A stretch of DNA of 63,770 bases, counting the filler, from Candidatus Babelota bacterium (GTDB lineage: Bacteria; JAGOBX01), in assembly GCA_017999075.1 (NCBI GenBank). It is 10 parts of 10 records of this genome, joined end to end, with 100 filler letters (N's around TTAATTAATTAA, not from the genome) between each part and the next. Parts side by side here need not be neighbours in the genome. Positions count along the whole stretch, not along the records: positions 6,445 to 12,787 come from JAGOBX010000217.1; positions 12,888 to 19,226 come from JAGOBX010000218.1; positions 19,327 to 25,655 come from JAGOBX010000219.1; 7 more parts are not named here. One strand, written 5' to 3'. Numbering within the stretch: position 1 is the first letter of the stretch; each line of letters starts with the position of its first letter. This document shows, in pieces, positions 10,128 through 20,804 of this stretch. The translations under genes and the position numbers were made by a program. The notes under the pieces are model-generated. The model did no database searches and had not been told where the DNA came from. It saw only the letters and a program-made list of their open reading frames with translations.

Positions 10128-11525
10128 ATGCTTAAATTTATTATCAATGAAAATATTGTTGAAACTGAAATGCATCCTGGAACAGTGTTACTTGATTTTA
10201 TAAGAGAACATTTGAAACTTACCGGAACTAAAGAAGCTTGCAGAGAAGGTGAATGCGGAGCTTGTACGGTATTAGTTGGTAAAATTGGTAATGACGGAAT
10301 TTTATCTTATAAAAGCTGCGCTTCGTGTATTCTGCCTATAGGTGATGTGAAAAACTGTCATATAGTAACTGTTGAAGGATTGAATATGGGTAAGCCTACT
10401 GCAATACAAAAAGCTATTATTGATGCCAGCGCTTCGCAATGCGGATACTGTACTCCTGGTATAGTGCTTTCTTTAACGGGATTTTGTTTTACAAGCGATA
10501 AATTTGAATATAATGATTCAATAGATGCACTTGATGGAAATATTTGCAGATGTACAGGTTATGTTTCAATTAGAAATGCAGCCAAGTTTCTTTCTGATTT
10601 TTTGAAGGAAAAAAATACGAATAGAAATAAACGGTTGGAAACGCTTATAGATTTGTCAGTTGTTCCTGAATATTTTAAGAAGATTCCTGAAATGCTTAAA
10701 AAAATGAATTCATCTGCGTCTTCTGAAAGAATAATTGATAAAACTATTGTTGCTGGAGGAACTGATTTGTTTGTTCAGCGTCCAGAAGAATTGGCTGAAT
10801 CTAAACTGTATTTTATGTCAGACCGCTGTGATTTGAATTATATAAAAATTGATGATTCAAATATTCTGGTTGGAGGAGCAGTTACCATTGAAGATTTTCG
10901 CAAATCGGAAATTACAGAAAAATATTTTCCTTCAATGAAAAATGATTTATTGCTTCATTCTTCAACAATTTTAAGAAATAAAGCTACTCTTGCCGGTAAT
11001 ATTGTCAATGCATCTCCCATTGGAGATATGACTATTATACTTCTTGCGTTAAATGCTGTTCTTGTTTTAGAATGTGAAAATATGAGTGTTCGTGAGGTAG
11101 AATTGTCGAATTTTTATAAAGGATATAAACAAATTGATCTTAAAAAATCTGAAATTATCCGTGAAATAAAGATTCCTGTTCATAAAAAACAAATTTATTT
11201 TAATTTTGAAAAGGTTTCAAATCGGAAAATTCTTGATATTGCTTCTGTAAATTCCGCTATGTTTTTGACGACAGGTAAAAAAGGTGTTATAGAAGAATTA
11301 AAAATATCTGCCGGAGGAGTGGCGCCTGTTCCTTACCTTGTAAAAGAACTTGATAAATATTACGGAAAATCAATAAATGAAAATATTATAAGTAAGATTG
11401 TTGAAACAGTTGAAAAACAGGTTGTTCCGATAGATGATATCAGAGGTTCGGCGAAATATAAAAGTCTTTTATTGAAACAACTTATAAAATCTCATTTCAA
11501 AAAACAATCAAATAATGCAAATTAA
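10128..11525 (+). CDS. xdhA: Xanthine dehydrogenase small subunit (two [2Fe-2S] plus FAD)
   Basis: TGTKEACREGECGACTV, QCGYCTPG, GNICRCTGY, AGGTDL, AT.AGN..NASPIGD. Confidence 0.9.
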   Translation: MLKFIINENIVETEMHPGTVLLDFIREHLKLTGTKEACREGECGACTVLVGKIGNDGILSYKSCASCILPIGDVKNCHIVTVEGLNMGKPTAIQKAIIDASASQCGYCTPGIVLSLTGFCFTSDKFEYNDSIDALDGNICRCTGYVSIRNAAKFLSDFLKEKNTNRNKRLETLIDLSVVPEYFKKIPEMLKKMNSSASSERIIDKTIVAGGTDLFVQRPEELAESKLYFMSDRCDLNYIKIDDSNILVGGAVTIEDFRKSEITEKYFPSMKNDLLLHSSTILRNKATLAGNIVNASPIGDMTIILLALNAVLVLECENMSVREVELSNFYKGYKQIDLKKSEIIREIKIPVHKKQIYFNFEKVSNRKILDIASVNSAMFLTTGKKGVIEELKISAGGVAPVPYLVKELDKYYGKSINENIISKIVETVEKQVVPIDDIRGSAKYKSLLLKQLIKSHFKKQSNNAN

Positions 11526-11542
11526 TTGGAGGAACCACCGGT

Positions 11543-12787
11543 ATGAAAAATACAGATGTAAAAATGCATGTTCAAGGAAAATCAATTTTTGTAGATGATA
11601 TAGTTGCGCCAACAGGTATGCTGCGGGCTGTTTTTTTTACTTCACCTGCAGCAAAAGGTAAAATAAAAAAAATAGATATTTCAAAAGCTGAAAAGGTTGA
11701 GGGCGTAATAAAAGTATTTACTTATAAAGATGTACCTGGTAAAAATCAAATTGGACATATGGTTCACGACCAGCCTTTGTTGGCGTTTGATTCTGTTGAA
11801 TATATTGGACAGCCAATTGCGATGGTTGTGGCAGAAACAAAAAAAATAGCAGATAAAGCTCGGAAATTGATAACAGTTGATATTGAACAATATGAACCTG
11901 TTTTTGATCCGAGAGAAGCTTTTGCAAAAGGAATGATTCACGGACCAAGGAGAATTTTGACACGCGGAGATTTAGATGCTGCGTGGAAACAATGCGTATA
12001 TACGGCTTCAGGAAGAATTGACAGTGGCCCGCAGGAACATTTTTATTTTGAAACTCAGAGAGCTCTTGCCATTCCTGCTGAAGATGAAACAATAAAGGTC
12101 TGCGCCAGCGCGCAGTCTCCTGGAGCATTTCATCATCATATAGCTGAAGTACTTGGAATTCCAATGCATAAAGTTGAACTTGATATCAGAAGATTGGGCG
12201 GAGGGTTCGGCGGAAAAGAATCTTCTGCGGCATGGGTTGTAGGACCTGCGTTAGCTGCTAAAATTTTAAATAAACCTGTTAAAATGACACTTGACAGAAA
12301 TGAAGATATTGCCACTACAGGAAAACGTCATCCGTATTCTTTTGACTATAAAATAGGTGTTGATAAAGAAGGAAAAATTATTGCCTACGAAGTTGATTTA
12401 TATCAGCATGCAGGCGGTTGCGCTGATATTTCACTTGCAGTTCTCGGCAGATCATTTTTTCATACGTCAGGTTCTTATCTTATTCCTAATATAAAAGTTA
12501 CTGCTGTAAGCTGCAAAACCAATATACCTCCCAATAATGCGTTTCGCGGGTTTGGAGTGCCGCAAGGAGTTTTTGCAATTGAATCCGCTATTCGGCATAT
12601 AGCTGAAGTGATGGGAATAAATGAAAATATTATAAAAAAGAAAAATTTGTTGAAAAACGGAGATTTTCTTCCCTATGGAATGCAGCTTGAAACTACAAAT
12701 GCTATAAAATGCTGGGAAGCGCTTGATCAAAACGTTAACATAGAAAAACGGATAAAATCAGTAACTGAATATAATAAAAAATATTCT
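11543..12787 (+). CDS. xdhB: Xanthine dehydrogenase molybdopterin subunit, 3'-truncated
   Basis: QEHFYFE, RRLGGGFGGKE, TGKRHP, AFRGFG.PQG. Confidence 0.9.
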
Positions 12788-12887
12788 NNNNNNNNNNNNN
12801 NNNNNNNNNNNNNNNNNNNNNNNNNNNNNNNTTAATTAATTAANNNNNNNNNNNNNNNNNNNNNNNNNNNNNNNNNNNNNNNNNNNN

Positions 12888-13463
12888 TGGAGTAAAAAAG
12901 AAATTTATCCATATATCAGCGCTAACCCCAAACTTATACGTCCTGCAAATTTTTCAGAAGGAGTCCCGGGTTTCGGTTATTCTGTAATAGAAAAAAATAA
13001 TATTATGATTGCGGTAATTAATCTTATAGGAAAAGTATTTATTCCTGATTCACATTGCCCGTTTAGAAAATTTGATGAAATATATTTGAAAATAAAAAGT
13101 CAGGTTAAAATAGTTTTAGTTGATTTTCACGGAGAAGCAACTTCTGAAAAAAGTGCATTTGCATATTATACTTCAGGCAGAGCGAGTGCTGTTATAGGAA
13201 CTCATACGCATGTCCAAACCAATGATTTTAGAATTTTTAATGATTTTACAGCATTTGTAACTGATGCTGGAATGACAGGACCATATGATAATTCTATTAT
13301 AGGGGTTGATAAAAATCTTATTTTGAAAAAATTTTTAACTGGAATGCCTGTAAAGTTTGAACCTGCTAAATGTTCAAAAATACAATTGAATTCGGTTATA
13401 ATTACATTTAATGCTGAAACTGGCGCGGCATTAAAAATAGAACCTTATAATTTGATTGACTGA
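12888..13463 (+). CDS. ymdB: YmdB-family metallophosphoesterase, 5'-truncated
   Basis: Frame open from the contig start: LIRPANF...PG.G, VDFHGEATSEK, GTHTHVQT, TDAGMTGP. Confidence 0.93.
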   Translation, partial: WSKKEIYPYISANPKLIRPANFSEGVPGFGYSVIEKNNIMIAVINLIGKVFIPDSHCPFRKFDEIYLKIKSQVKIVLVDFHGEATSEKSAFAYYTSGRASAVIGTHTHVQTNDFRIFNDFTAFVTDAGMTGPYDNSIIGVDKNLILKKFLTGMPVKFEPAKCSKIQLNSVIITFNAETGAALKIEPYNLID

Positions 13464-13492
13464 ACACAAAAAATTTTATAAAATAATAATTT

Positions 13493-14386
13493 ATGAATGC
13501 TAAATTGTTAGACGGCATAGAAGCCGGCAAAGTTATTGAAAAGGAATTGTCTGAAAAAATCATATATTTAAAACAGAAAAAAATTATTCCGTCTCTTGCT
13601 GTTATATTGGTAGGTGCAGACAAACCATCACATACTTATGTTCAATTGAAACATAAAAAATGTCAGGAACTCGGGATATCTTCTAAAGTATATAAATTTG
13701 AAGAAAATATAGGTGAAAAAAATATTATTGATCTAATAAATGAGTTGAACAATGATGATAATATCCATGGAATACTTGTTCAATTGCCCCTTCCGAAAAA
13801 TTATAATCAGAATAATATAATTGATTCTATATTTCCTGAAAAAGATGTTGACGGTTTTCATCCATTAAATATAGGTAAGCTTGCTATAGGAAAACCCGAT
13901 TTTATTTCCTGCACTCCTTATGGAGTTATAAAACTTCTTGAATATTATAATATTCCGGTAAAAGGAAAAAATGCAGTTATAATCGGGTGTAGTAATGTGG
14001 TAGGGAAACCAATGGGATTGCTTCTTCAGATTTGCGAAATTGCTACATGTACAATTTGCCACCTCCACACAAAGAATATTAAAGAGCATACTTTAAATGC
14101 GGATTTGATTATATCAGCTGCCGGTTCTCCCAACTTGATAAAAAGCGATATGGTAAAAAAAAATTGCGTGGTTATTGATGTTGGTTTTAATGTCTCGGAA
14201 ATTGTTGATTCAAATGGAGGAATAATTAGAAAAATTAATGGCGATGTTGATTTTGAAAATGTAAAAAATATTGCTTCTTATATAACTCCTGTACCTGGCG
14301 GAGTCGGGCCTATGACTATAACAATGCTTATGTATAATACTGTAAAATCCTGTTTTTTAAAGCATAATCTGATGAATTTTTCTTAA
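13493..14386 (+). CDS. folD: Methylene-THF dehydrogenase/cyclohydrolase
   Basis: HGILVQLPLP, KDVDGFHP, CTP.G, TPVPGGVGPMT. Confidence 0.98.
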   Translation: MNAKLLDGIEAGKVIEKELSEKIIYLKQKKIIPSLAVILVGADKPSHTYVQLKHKKCQELGISSKVYKFEENIGEKNIIDLINELNNDDNIHGILVQLPLPKNYNQNNIIDSIFPEKDVDGFHPLNIGKLAIGKPDFISCTPYGVIKLLEYYNIPVKGKNAVIIGCSNVVGKPMGLLLQICEIATCTICHLHTKNIKEHTLNADLIISAAGSPNLIKSDMVKKNCVVIDVGFNVSEIVDSNGGIIRKINGDVDFENVKNIASYITPVPGGVGPMTITMLMYNTVKSCFLKHNLMNFS

Positions 14387-14393
14387 TAATTTT

Positions 14394-17300
14394 TTAGTTA
14401 TTAAATTCTATTTTAATATTTCCCTGGCCGACTATTGTTTCGAGATTTGATATAAAATTGTAATTTATTCTAAGCTGATTCGCTTCTGGTTTGATAACAG
14501 CATAATTGTTTTCTTCAATTTTCAGAGAAACAAATATTTTTGTGTTTCCTTTAGGCATAGAAACAAGAATATTATTAATACTTTCTATTATTCTATCGTC
14601 AGGAGCAGCCCAATTTATTAAAACATTTATTTTTGAAATAATATCTCCGAAACCTGTATCTGCAGGAAATATTTTTTGTACTGTGAATTTGCTTGAATAC
14701 TGTTTATCCAATCTGCCATAAACATATACGATATTATTATCAAAAATTAAATCTCTGAATTTATCGTAAACGCTTGAAAAAATTATTGCCTCGACAGAAC
14801 CTGCAAGCGTATCTAAAAAACATGTTACCATAGTCTGGTTTTTTTTATCAAGTTTGCGTTTTATTACTGCAAAAACGCCGGCTATGTAAAATTCGGAACC
14901 ATCTGGAATATCTTCAATATTATTCAAATCATACTTGCTTATAAATTTTATTTCATCGGAAAATCTGCTTAATGGATGTTCTGAAAGATAAAAACCGAGT
15001 GCTTCGCGTTCAAACATAAGTTTTTCTATATGAGGAAACTCGTCAAGTTTCGGATAAGAAAATGCCACATATTCGTTATTTTCTCCGGATAAATCGAATA
15101 ATGAATCCATATTTTTAACAGATTCGTTTAATGCAGTTCCCGTTATTTTAGGCAAAGCTGAAATTAATGACGCTCTTGTTAATTTTAAATAATCGAATGC
15201 TCCGGCATAAACAAGGTATTCTATGCTGTTTTTTTTCAGTTTATGAATGTTGATTCTTACGCAGAAATCATAAAGGTCCTTAAAAAAACCGTTATTATTG
15301 CGTTCTGTCTGAACTTCTAAGATAGATGAAACTCCTACATTTTTTATTGCGCCCAGACCAAATCTTATTTTACCGTTTTCAATTGAAAAATATGCTGAGC
15401 TGTAATTTATATCAGGAGGTAAAATTTTAATTCCATTGCGTAAAGCATCGTCTATTATTTCAGGAAACCTTGCGTTGTTCATGTCTATTTCATTATTAAG
15501 CAGAGCTATATAAAATTCAAGGGGAAAATGGGTTTTTAAATAAGCAGTCCTGAAAGATAATAATGCGTAAGCCGCGCTGTGAGATTTATTGAATCCGTAT
15601 TGCGCAAATTTTTCTATTAGATAAAAAATATTTTCTGCTTCAGTTTTTGTTAATTTTGAATTTGATACGCATCCTTCCACAAAAGGAATTTTTTCGGCTT
15701 CCATTATAACTGGGTTTTTTTTGCCCATAGCTTTTCTTAAATAATCTGCTTTTCCAAGAGAATACCCTGATAAAACATTTGCGATGAGCATAACCTGTTC
15801 CTGATATATTATAACCCCGTATGTTTCTTTTAATATTTTTTCAAGAGCAGGATGAGGATATTCTATTTGTTCTATTCCATGTTTTCTGTTTATGAAAGAA
15901 TCTACCATTCCGCTTTTTAAAACACCAGGCCTATATAAAGCAAGAAGAGCTATTATGTCAGTAAACTTGTCAGGCTGAAGTTTAACCATTACAGAACGTA
16001 TTCCTTTACTTTCAAGCTGAAACACTCCTATAGTGTTGCCTGATTTTAATAGAGTGTAAGAATTTTCATCATTGAGAGAAATTATTGAGAAATCAGGGCG
16101 TTTGTCTTCTGGGATTAAATCAAGAGTATCTTGGATGACAGTAAGCGTTTTCAATCCGAGAAAATCCATTTTTATCAGACCTAGTTTTTCTATGCCTTTC
16201 ATATCGAATTGAGTGGTTACCGCATTATTGGTTGTATCAAAATATAAAGGTAAATATTCTACAAGAGGTTTGTCGCTTATTACTACGCCGGCAGCGTGAG
16301 TACTTACATTTTTGGGAACCCCTTCTATAGCATTTGCAGATTCAAACCATTTTTTATACTCGGGTTTTTCTACTACAAGATTTTGAAGTTCTGGAAGACT
16401 TGCTACTATTTCATTTATAGATAATTGAGATATTTCAGGGAAAAGCTTTAAAACTTTACTGACTTCAGAATAAGCCATTCCCATAACTCTTCCTACATCT
16501 CTAAGAGCATTCCTCGTTTTCAGCGTTCCGAAAGTTATTATTTGAGAAACATTATCTTTTCCGTATTTTGATATAACGTAATCTATTACTTCGTTTCTTC
16601 TTCTGAAACAGAAATCAATATCAATGTCCGGCATTGAAATTCTTTCAGTATTGAGAAACCGCTCGAAAATCAAATCATATTCAAGAGGGTTAATTTCGGT
16701 TATACCGGTAAGATATGCGACAAGACATCCTGCAGCGCTGCCTCTTCCCGGGCCTACAGGAATATTTTTGTGTTTTGCAAAATAAATAAAATCGCGCACT
16801 ATAAGAAAATAAGAAGAGTATCCCATTTTTTTTATGACAGACAATTCATAATTCATTCTGTCAATAATTTCAAGGGAAGGAGAGTCGCCAAATTTTTTTT
16901 TAAGCCCTTCCCCACACAACTCAGTTAAATACTTATGCGTGGATTGATATTCTTTAGGAATATCAAATACCGGAAAATGATATTTGTCTGAATTTAAATC
17001 AAGAAGAACATTGCATTGCTGACTTATTTTAATAGTGTTTTCAACTGCTTCCGGATAATCAGAAAATAAAGATTTCATCTCGTCGGCATTTTTTACATAA
17101 AGTTCGGATCCTCCATATTTCATTCTTTCTTCGTCTGTTAAATTGTGGCCTGTTTGAATACATAATAAAATATCATGATATTCGCTGTCGTCTCGATTAA
17201 TATAATGTGCGTCGTTGGTTGCTACAAGCGGTATTTTGAATTTTTTTGAATACTCGGAAAAAGCTTTTATTATTGTTTCTTCCTGAGGAAGATTGTGACG

Positions 17301-17825
17301 CTGTATTTCGAAAAAAAAATTATCTTTTCCGAATATAGAGATATATTCTTCTATGCGTTTTTCTGCAGTTTCAAAATCGCCGTTTATTATATGTTGCTGA
17401 ATTTCGCCTTTTGCGCATGCAGTAAGACATATAAGATCTGAAGAATATGCAGATAATAATTTTTTATCAACTCTTGGTTTATAGTAAAATCCTTCAATGT
17501 AGGCGGTTGAAACCAATTTAATCAAATTTTTATATCCGTTATAATTTTTTGCAAGAAGTACGCAATGATAATTTTTAGAATTTTTTGTTTTATCTGTTCT
17601 GTCTCCTGATGCAACATAAATTTCACATCCTATGATTGGCTTGATTCCGTTTTTTGAACATTCTGAATAAAAATCAAGAACGCCGAACATACATCCGTGA
17701 TCTGTAATAGCTACTGCCGGCATACCGTATAATTTACATTTTGACACAAGTTCTTTTATACGGCAGAACCCGTCAAGAAGACTGTATTCAGTATGTGTGT
17801 GTAAGTGAACAAAATTATTGTTCAT
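14394..17825 (-). CDS. dnaE: DNA polymerase III alpha subunit
   Basis: PHP HLHTHTEYSLLDG, GPGRGSAAG, MPDIDIDF, HAAGVVI, YGFNKSHS. Normal length with no intein. Confidence 0.99.
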   Translation of the reverse strand: MNNNFVHLHTHTEYSLLDGFCRIKELVSKCKLYGMPAVAITDHGCMFGVLDFYSECSKNGIKPIIGCEIYVASGDRTDKTKNSKNYHCVLLAKNYNGYKNLIKLVSTAYIEGFYYKPRVDKKLLSAYSSDLICLTACAKGEIQQHIINGDFETAEKRIEEYISIFGKDNFFFEIQRHNLPQEETIIKAFSEYSKKFKIPLVATNDAHYINRDDSEYHDILLCIQTGHNLTDEERMKYGGSELYVKNADEMKSLFSDYPEAVENTIKISQQCNVLLDLNSDKYHFPVFDIPKEYQSTHKYLTELCGEGLKKKFGDSPSLEIIDRMNYELSVIKKMGYSSYFLIVRDFIYFAKHKNIPVGPGRGSAAGCLVAYLTGITEINPLEYDLIFERFLNTERISMPDIDIDFCFRRRNEVIDYVISKYGKDNVSQIITFGTLKTRNALRDVGRVMGMAYSEVSKVLKLFPEISQLSINEIVASLPELQNLVVEKPEYKKWFESANAIEGVPKNVSTHAAGVVISDKPLVEYLPLYFDTTNNAVTTQFDMKGIEKLGLIKMDFLGLKTLTVIQDTLDLIPEDKRPDFSIISLNDENSYTLLKSGNTIGVFQLESKGIRSVMVKLQPDKFTDIIALLALYRPGVLKSGMVDSFINRKHGIEQIEYPHPALEKILKETYGVIIYQEQVMLIANVLSGYSLGKADYLRKAMGKKNPVIMEAEKIPFVEGCVSNSKLTKTEAENIFYLIEKFAQYGFNKSHSAAYALLSFRTAYLKTHFPLEFYIALLNNEIDMNNARFPEIIDDALRNGIKILPPDINYSSAYFSIENGKIRFGLGAIKNVGVSSILEVQTERNNNGFFKDLYDFCVRINIHKLKKNSIEYLVYAGAFDYLKLTRASLISALPKITGTALNESVKNMDSLFDLSGENNEYVAFSYPKLDEFPHIEKLMFEREALGFYLSEHPLSRFSDEIKFISKYDLNNIEDIPDGSEFYIAGVFAVIKRKLDKKNQTMVTCFLDTLAGSVEAIIFSSVYDKFRDLIFDNNIVYVYGRLDKQYSSKFTVQKIFPADTGFGDIISKINVLINWAAPDDRIIESINNILVSMPKGNTKIFVSLKIEENNYAVIKPEANQLRINYNFISNLETIVGQGNIKIEFNN

Positions 17826-19226
17826 CGGAGGTTCGCAGATTTTCAAGTAATTCCTGCTTTCCTTCGGAAAAATAGAATCCCTGCCCTAACAGTATTCCTA
17901 TTTTTTTTATTTCATTAAGTTCGGCAGGAGTTTCAATCCCTTCGGCAAGGACTTTAATATTATGTTGGCTTGCAAATTTGACAAGTGCTTTAACTATATC
18001 GCTGCGCGGATTGTTTTCATTAATATTTTTTACTAAAGAAATGTCGAGTTTGATTATATCTGGCTTTAATTCTGCAATATAAAACAAGCTCGCATAACCG
18101 CTTCCTGCATCATCGATTGCTACTGTGAATTTGCAGTTTTTGAATAGCTGAAGCTGTTCTTTGAATTTTTGTAAATCGGTTATGTTTGTGCGTTCTGTTA
18201 TTTCAAGTATTATTTTAGAAAAATCAATATTATCCGGATTCATTTCAGCGTATTTTCTGAATTCAGGATCAGAAAATGTTTTGGGTTCGACATTCAAAGA
18301 CAAAAATTTCATACCATGATTTTTATCGCTGAAAAATAAAGCCAGCGCTTTTTTTCTTACAATACGTTCAAGTTCCCATATTTTATTTGTTTGATATGCC
18401 ATGTTAAACAATATTACCGGTTTATTCAGCATAGAATTTTGAGGACCGCGGGCAAGTGCCTCATATCCGATTATTTTGTGTTTTTCAAGATCAACTATAG
18501 GCTGAAAAATCACATTTATGTTTTCGGCCGCAATTATTTCTTTGAATTCAGACTGCAATGACAATGAAACCTGAGATTCTTTGTCGTAAGCCATCATCAT
18601 GGCATTTTTCAGATTGGTATACACTGTCCTCTCAAATTTTATTTCGCGGTTTAAATCAATTATAGAATATCCCAGATAAAAATCAAATTGATATTCAAGT
18701 CCGCGTGAAATAATTTTATTTTTATTTGATTTTAGATATTTTTCTATCCTGTTTTTTATTTCATTTACATCGGAAATTCTTATTTTTTCCTGGTATCTCG
18801 GAGGTGATAAAAATATTATAAAATCATCATCCCACATACGGGTAATCGAAATTATATCATTGTTTCTGATAATCGTCCCTTTCATGTTTTTTAATAGTTC
18901 GGACGTTTTTAAAAGCAAATTATCAAAAACTTTTTCTCCGTAATTTATTTCTATTTCATTGAATTTTGCAACATTTATATAAACCAATCCGAAATTAGGA
19001 GAATTTTTAAATAATGTTTTTGTTTCATCCAAAATAGAATTAAGAAGAGGAAGTTTAGTTAATTTATCAATGCCTTTGTCAAGGTAAGAATAATATGAAT
19101 TTGGAGATGTTTCAATTAGCTGTTCATTCATCTTATTCGAATATTGGATTATCCGTTTATTAAGATATATATTGATTTTATTTATTAGCTCATTTGAATG
19201 AAATGGTTATAAAAGATAATCATCAG
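17815..19226 (-). CDS. REC (partial)-degenerate GGDEF-EAL c-di-GMP phosphodiesterase, 5'-truncated, with an in-frame TAA at 19207-19209
   Basis: EAL motifs are intact (GYEALAR, EITE, DDAGSGY, AEGIET, QGFYF) and GGDEF reads WDDDF. The frame upstream of the ATG at 19131 reads DDYLL*PFHSNELINKI, a receiver-domain C-terminus. Confidence 0.85.
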
Positions 19227-19327
19227 NNNNNNNNNNNNNNNNNNNNNNNNNNNNNNNNNNNNNNNNNNNNTTAATTAATTAANNNNNNNNNNNNNNNNNN
19301 NNNNNNNNNNNNNNNNNNNNNNNNNNT

Positions 19328-19546
19328 ATGGATTTTTTATCAAAAGTCTTATATTGCGCGGATTATATTGAACCTACTCGAAAATTTTATTCACATGTCG
19401 ATTTTAATGTTTTAAATAATTTAGATAAATTATTGGAGTTTGTTGTAAAAAATAAATTGAAACATATAGGTTCTTCAGAAATTCCGCATCCTAATATTTA
19501 TAAAATTATTGGAAAACCAAAAAAAAATGATAAAAAAGTTTTTTGA
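19328..19546 (+). CDS. yqeK: YqeK-like HD hydrolase, C-terminal fragment
   Basis: M..LSKVLYCADYIEPTR motif. It precedes an LCP gene, as is common for yqeK. Confidence 0.75.
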   Translation: MDFLSKVLYCADYIEPTRKFYSHVDFNVLNNLDKLLEFVVKNKLKHIGSSEIPHPNIYKIIGKPKKNDKKVF

Positions 19547-20768
19547 ATTTGTTTTTAAATACTTTGATTATTTTTTAAAACTATATTCTGGATTTAAATA
19601 TAAAAGATATGCTCCGGCGGTAGTTTCAATAATGTTATTGGTGTTTCTGTACGTATTGATAGAAAGTAATATAATTAAAATTTTCAACAATCCTCTTACC
19701 AATGACGCATTGAATAAAGATAAAAGTATAAATGTTTTAATAGCAGCATTGACAGACGATAATCAATTGTCGAGTTTATATCTTTTCAGCTTTGAACCTG
19801 TAACATGCAAGATTGGAGTAATTTATTTTCCGTGGAATTCGCTTTTTCTTCAGGTGTCATCTTCAAAAAATAATAAATTATATACTGTTAAAGAATTGTA
19901 TTCGATTGGCGGATTTGAATATTTGATTGAAAGTCTCGAAAATGATTTCAAAATTAAAATACCATATTATCTTGGATATAAAAAAATTGATTTTATAAAA
20001 TCTATGGATTTGTTGTCTGGTATGCATCTGCGGGTTGCAAACCCTATAAAATTTTATGACAGATATGAAAAAAAATGGTATTTGCTGCCTGCCGGAACCA
20101 ATGATTTTTTGGGATATAAACTATCAGAATATCTGGAATATGATAAGGATATTTATAATGAAAATAATCTTACTTACCGTAAATCTAATTTTGTAAAAAC
20201 GCTTTTTGAAAAACTTAATTCTATAGAAGGAATCGAAAATCAAAGTTCATTTATGAAAAGCATACATTCGTTTATTTCATATAAAAATATGAATTTTGAC
20301 AATTTTAATGAATTTATTTTATCGGTAAAAGAAGTTAAAGTTTACGATATAACATTTGATAAAGCGCCAGGACAGAAAGAATTGCATCAGAATATTGATG
20401 CATACAGGCTTAGCATATCTAAATCTATAGATATTTTACCTAAAAGTTTTGAAACCAAACTTGATTCGGCTCAAAAACAAAATTATATTACTGTAGAAAT
20501 TCTGAATGGTTCATCTTTATCAGGAAGCGCGGAAAAAATAAGAAAACAACTTCAAAAGTTTGTGGATGTAGACGTGCAATTCATTGGAAATGCTAAAACA
20601 AGAGATTATGCGAATACCCTGATAATTGATAAAAAAAATAATTTGAAGTCATCACAGCGTATAAAAGAAATTTTGGGATTCGGAGAAATCAAACGGGAAA
20701 TTGATGAAAATTCGTTCACGGATGTAACAATAATTCTTGGAAATGATATTGAACCTGAAAAAAAATAA
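19527..20768 (+). CDS. LCP (LytR-CpsA-Psr)-like protein with a LytR_C domain
   Basis: N-terminal TM, LCP-like core, C-terminal VEILNGSSLSGSA...IGNA...DVTIILGND. Confidence 0.8.
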   Translation: MIKKFFEFVFKYFDYFLKLYSGFKYKRYAPAVVSIMLLVFLYVLIESNIIKIFNNPLTNDALNKDKSINVLIAALTDDNQLSSLYLFSFEPVTCKIGVIYFPWNSLFLQVSSSKNNKLYTVKELYSIGGFEYLIESLENDFKIKIPYYLGYKKIDFIKSMDLLSGMHLRVANPIKFYDRYEKKWYLLPAGTNDFLGYKLSEYLEYDKDIYNENNLTYRKSNFVKTLFEKLNSIEGIENQSSFMKSIHSFISYKNMNFDNFNEFILSVKEVKVYDITFDKAPGQKELHQNIDAYRLSISKSIDILPKSFETKLDSAQKQNYITVEILNGSSLSGSAEKIRKQLQKFVDVDVQFIGNAKTRDYANTLIIDKKNNLKSSQRIKEILGFGEIKREIDENSFTDVTIILGNDIEPEKK

Positions 20769-20804
20769 GAAAATAAAATGTTGAGTTTTGATTGAATTTT
20801 GCGG

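Noticed and set aside
14394-17825. Intein or split dnaE
   Set aside because: Continuous, normal-length DnaE with no insertion seen.
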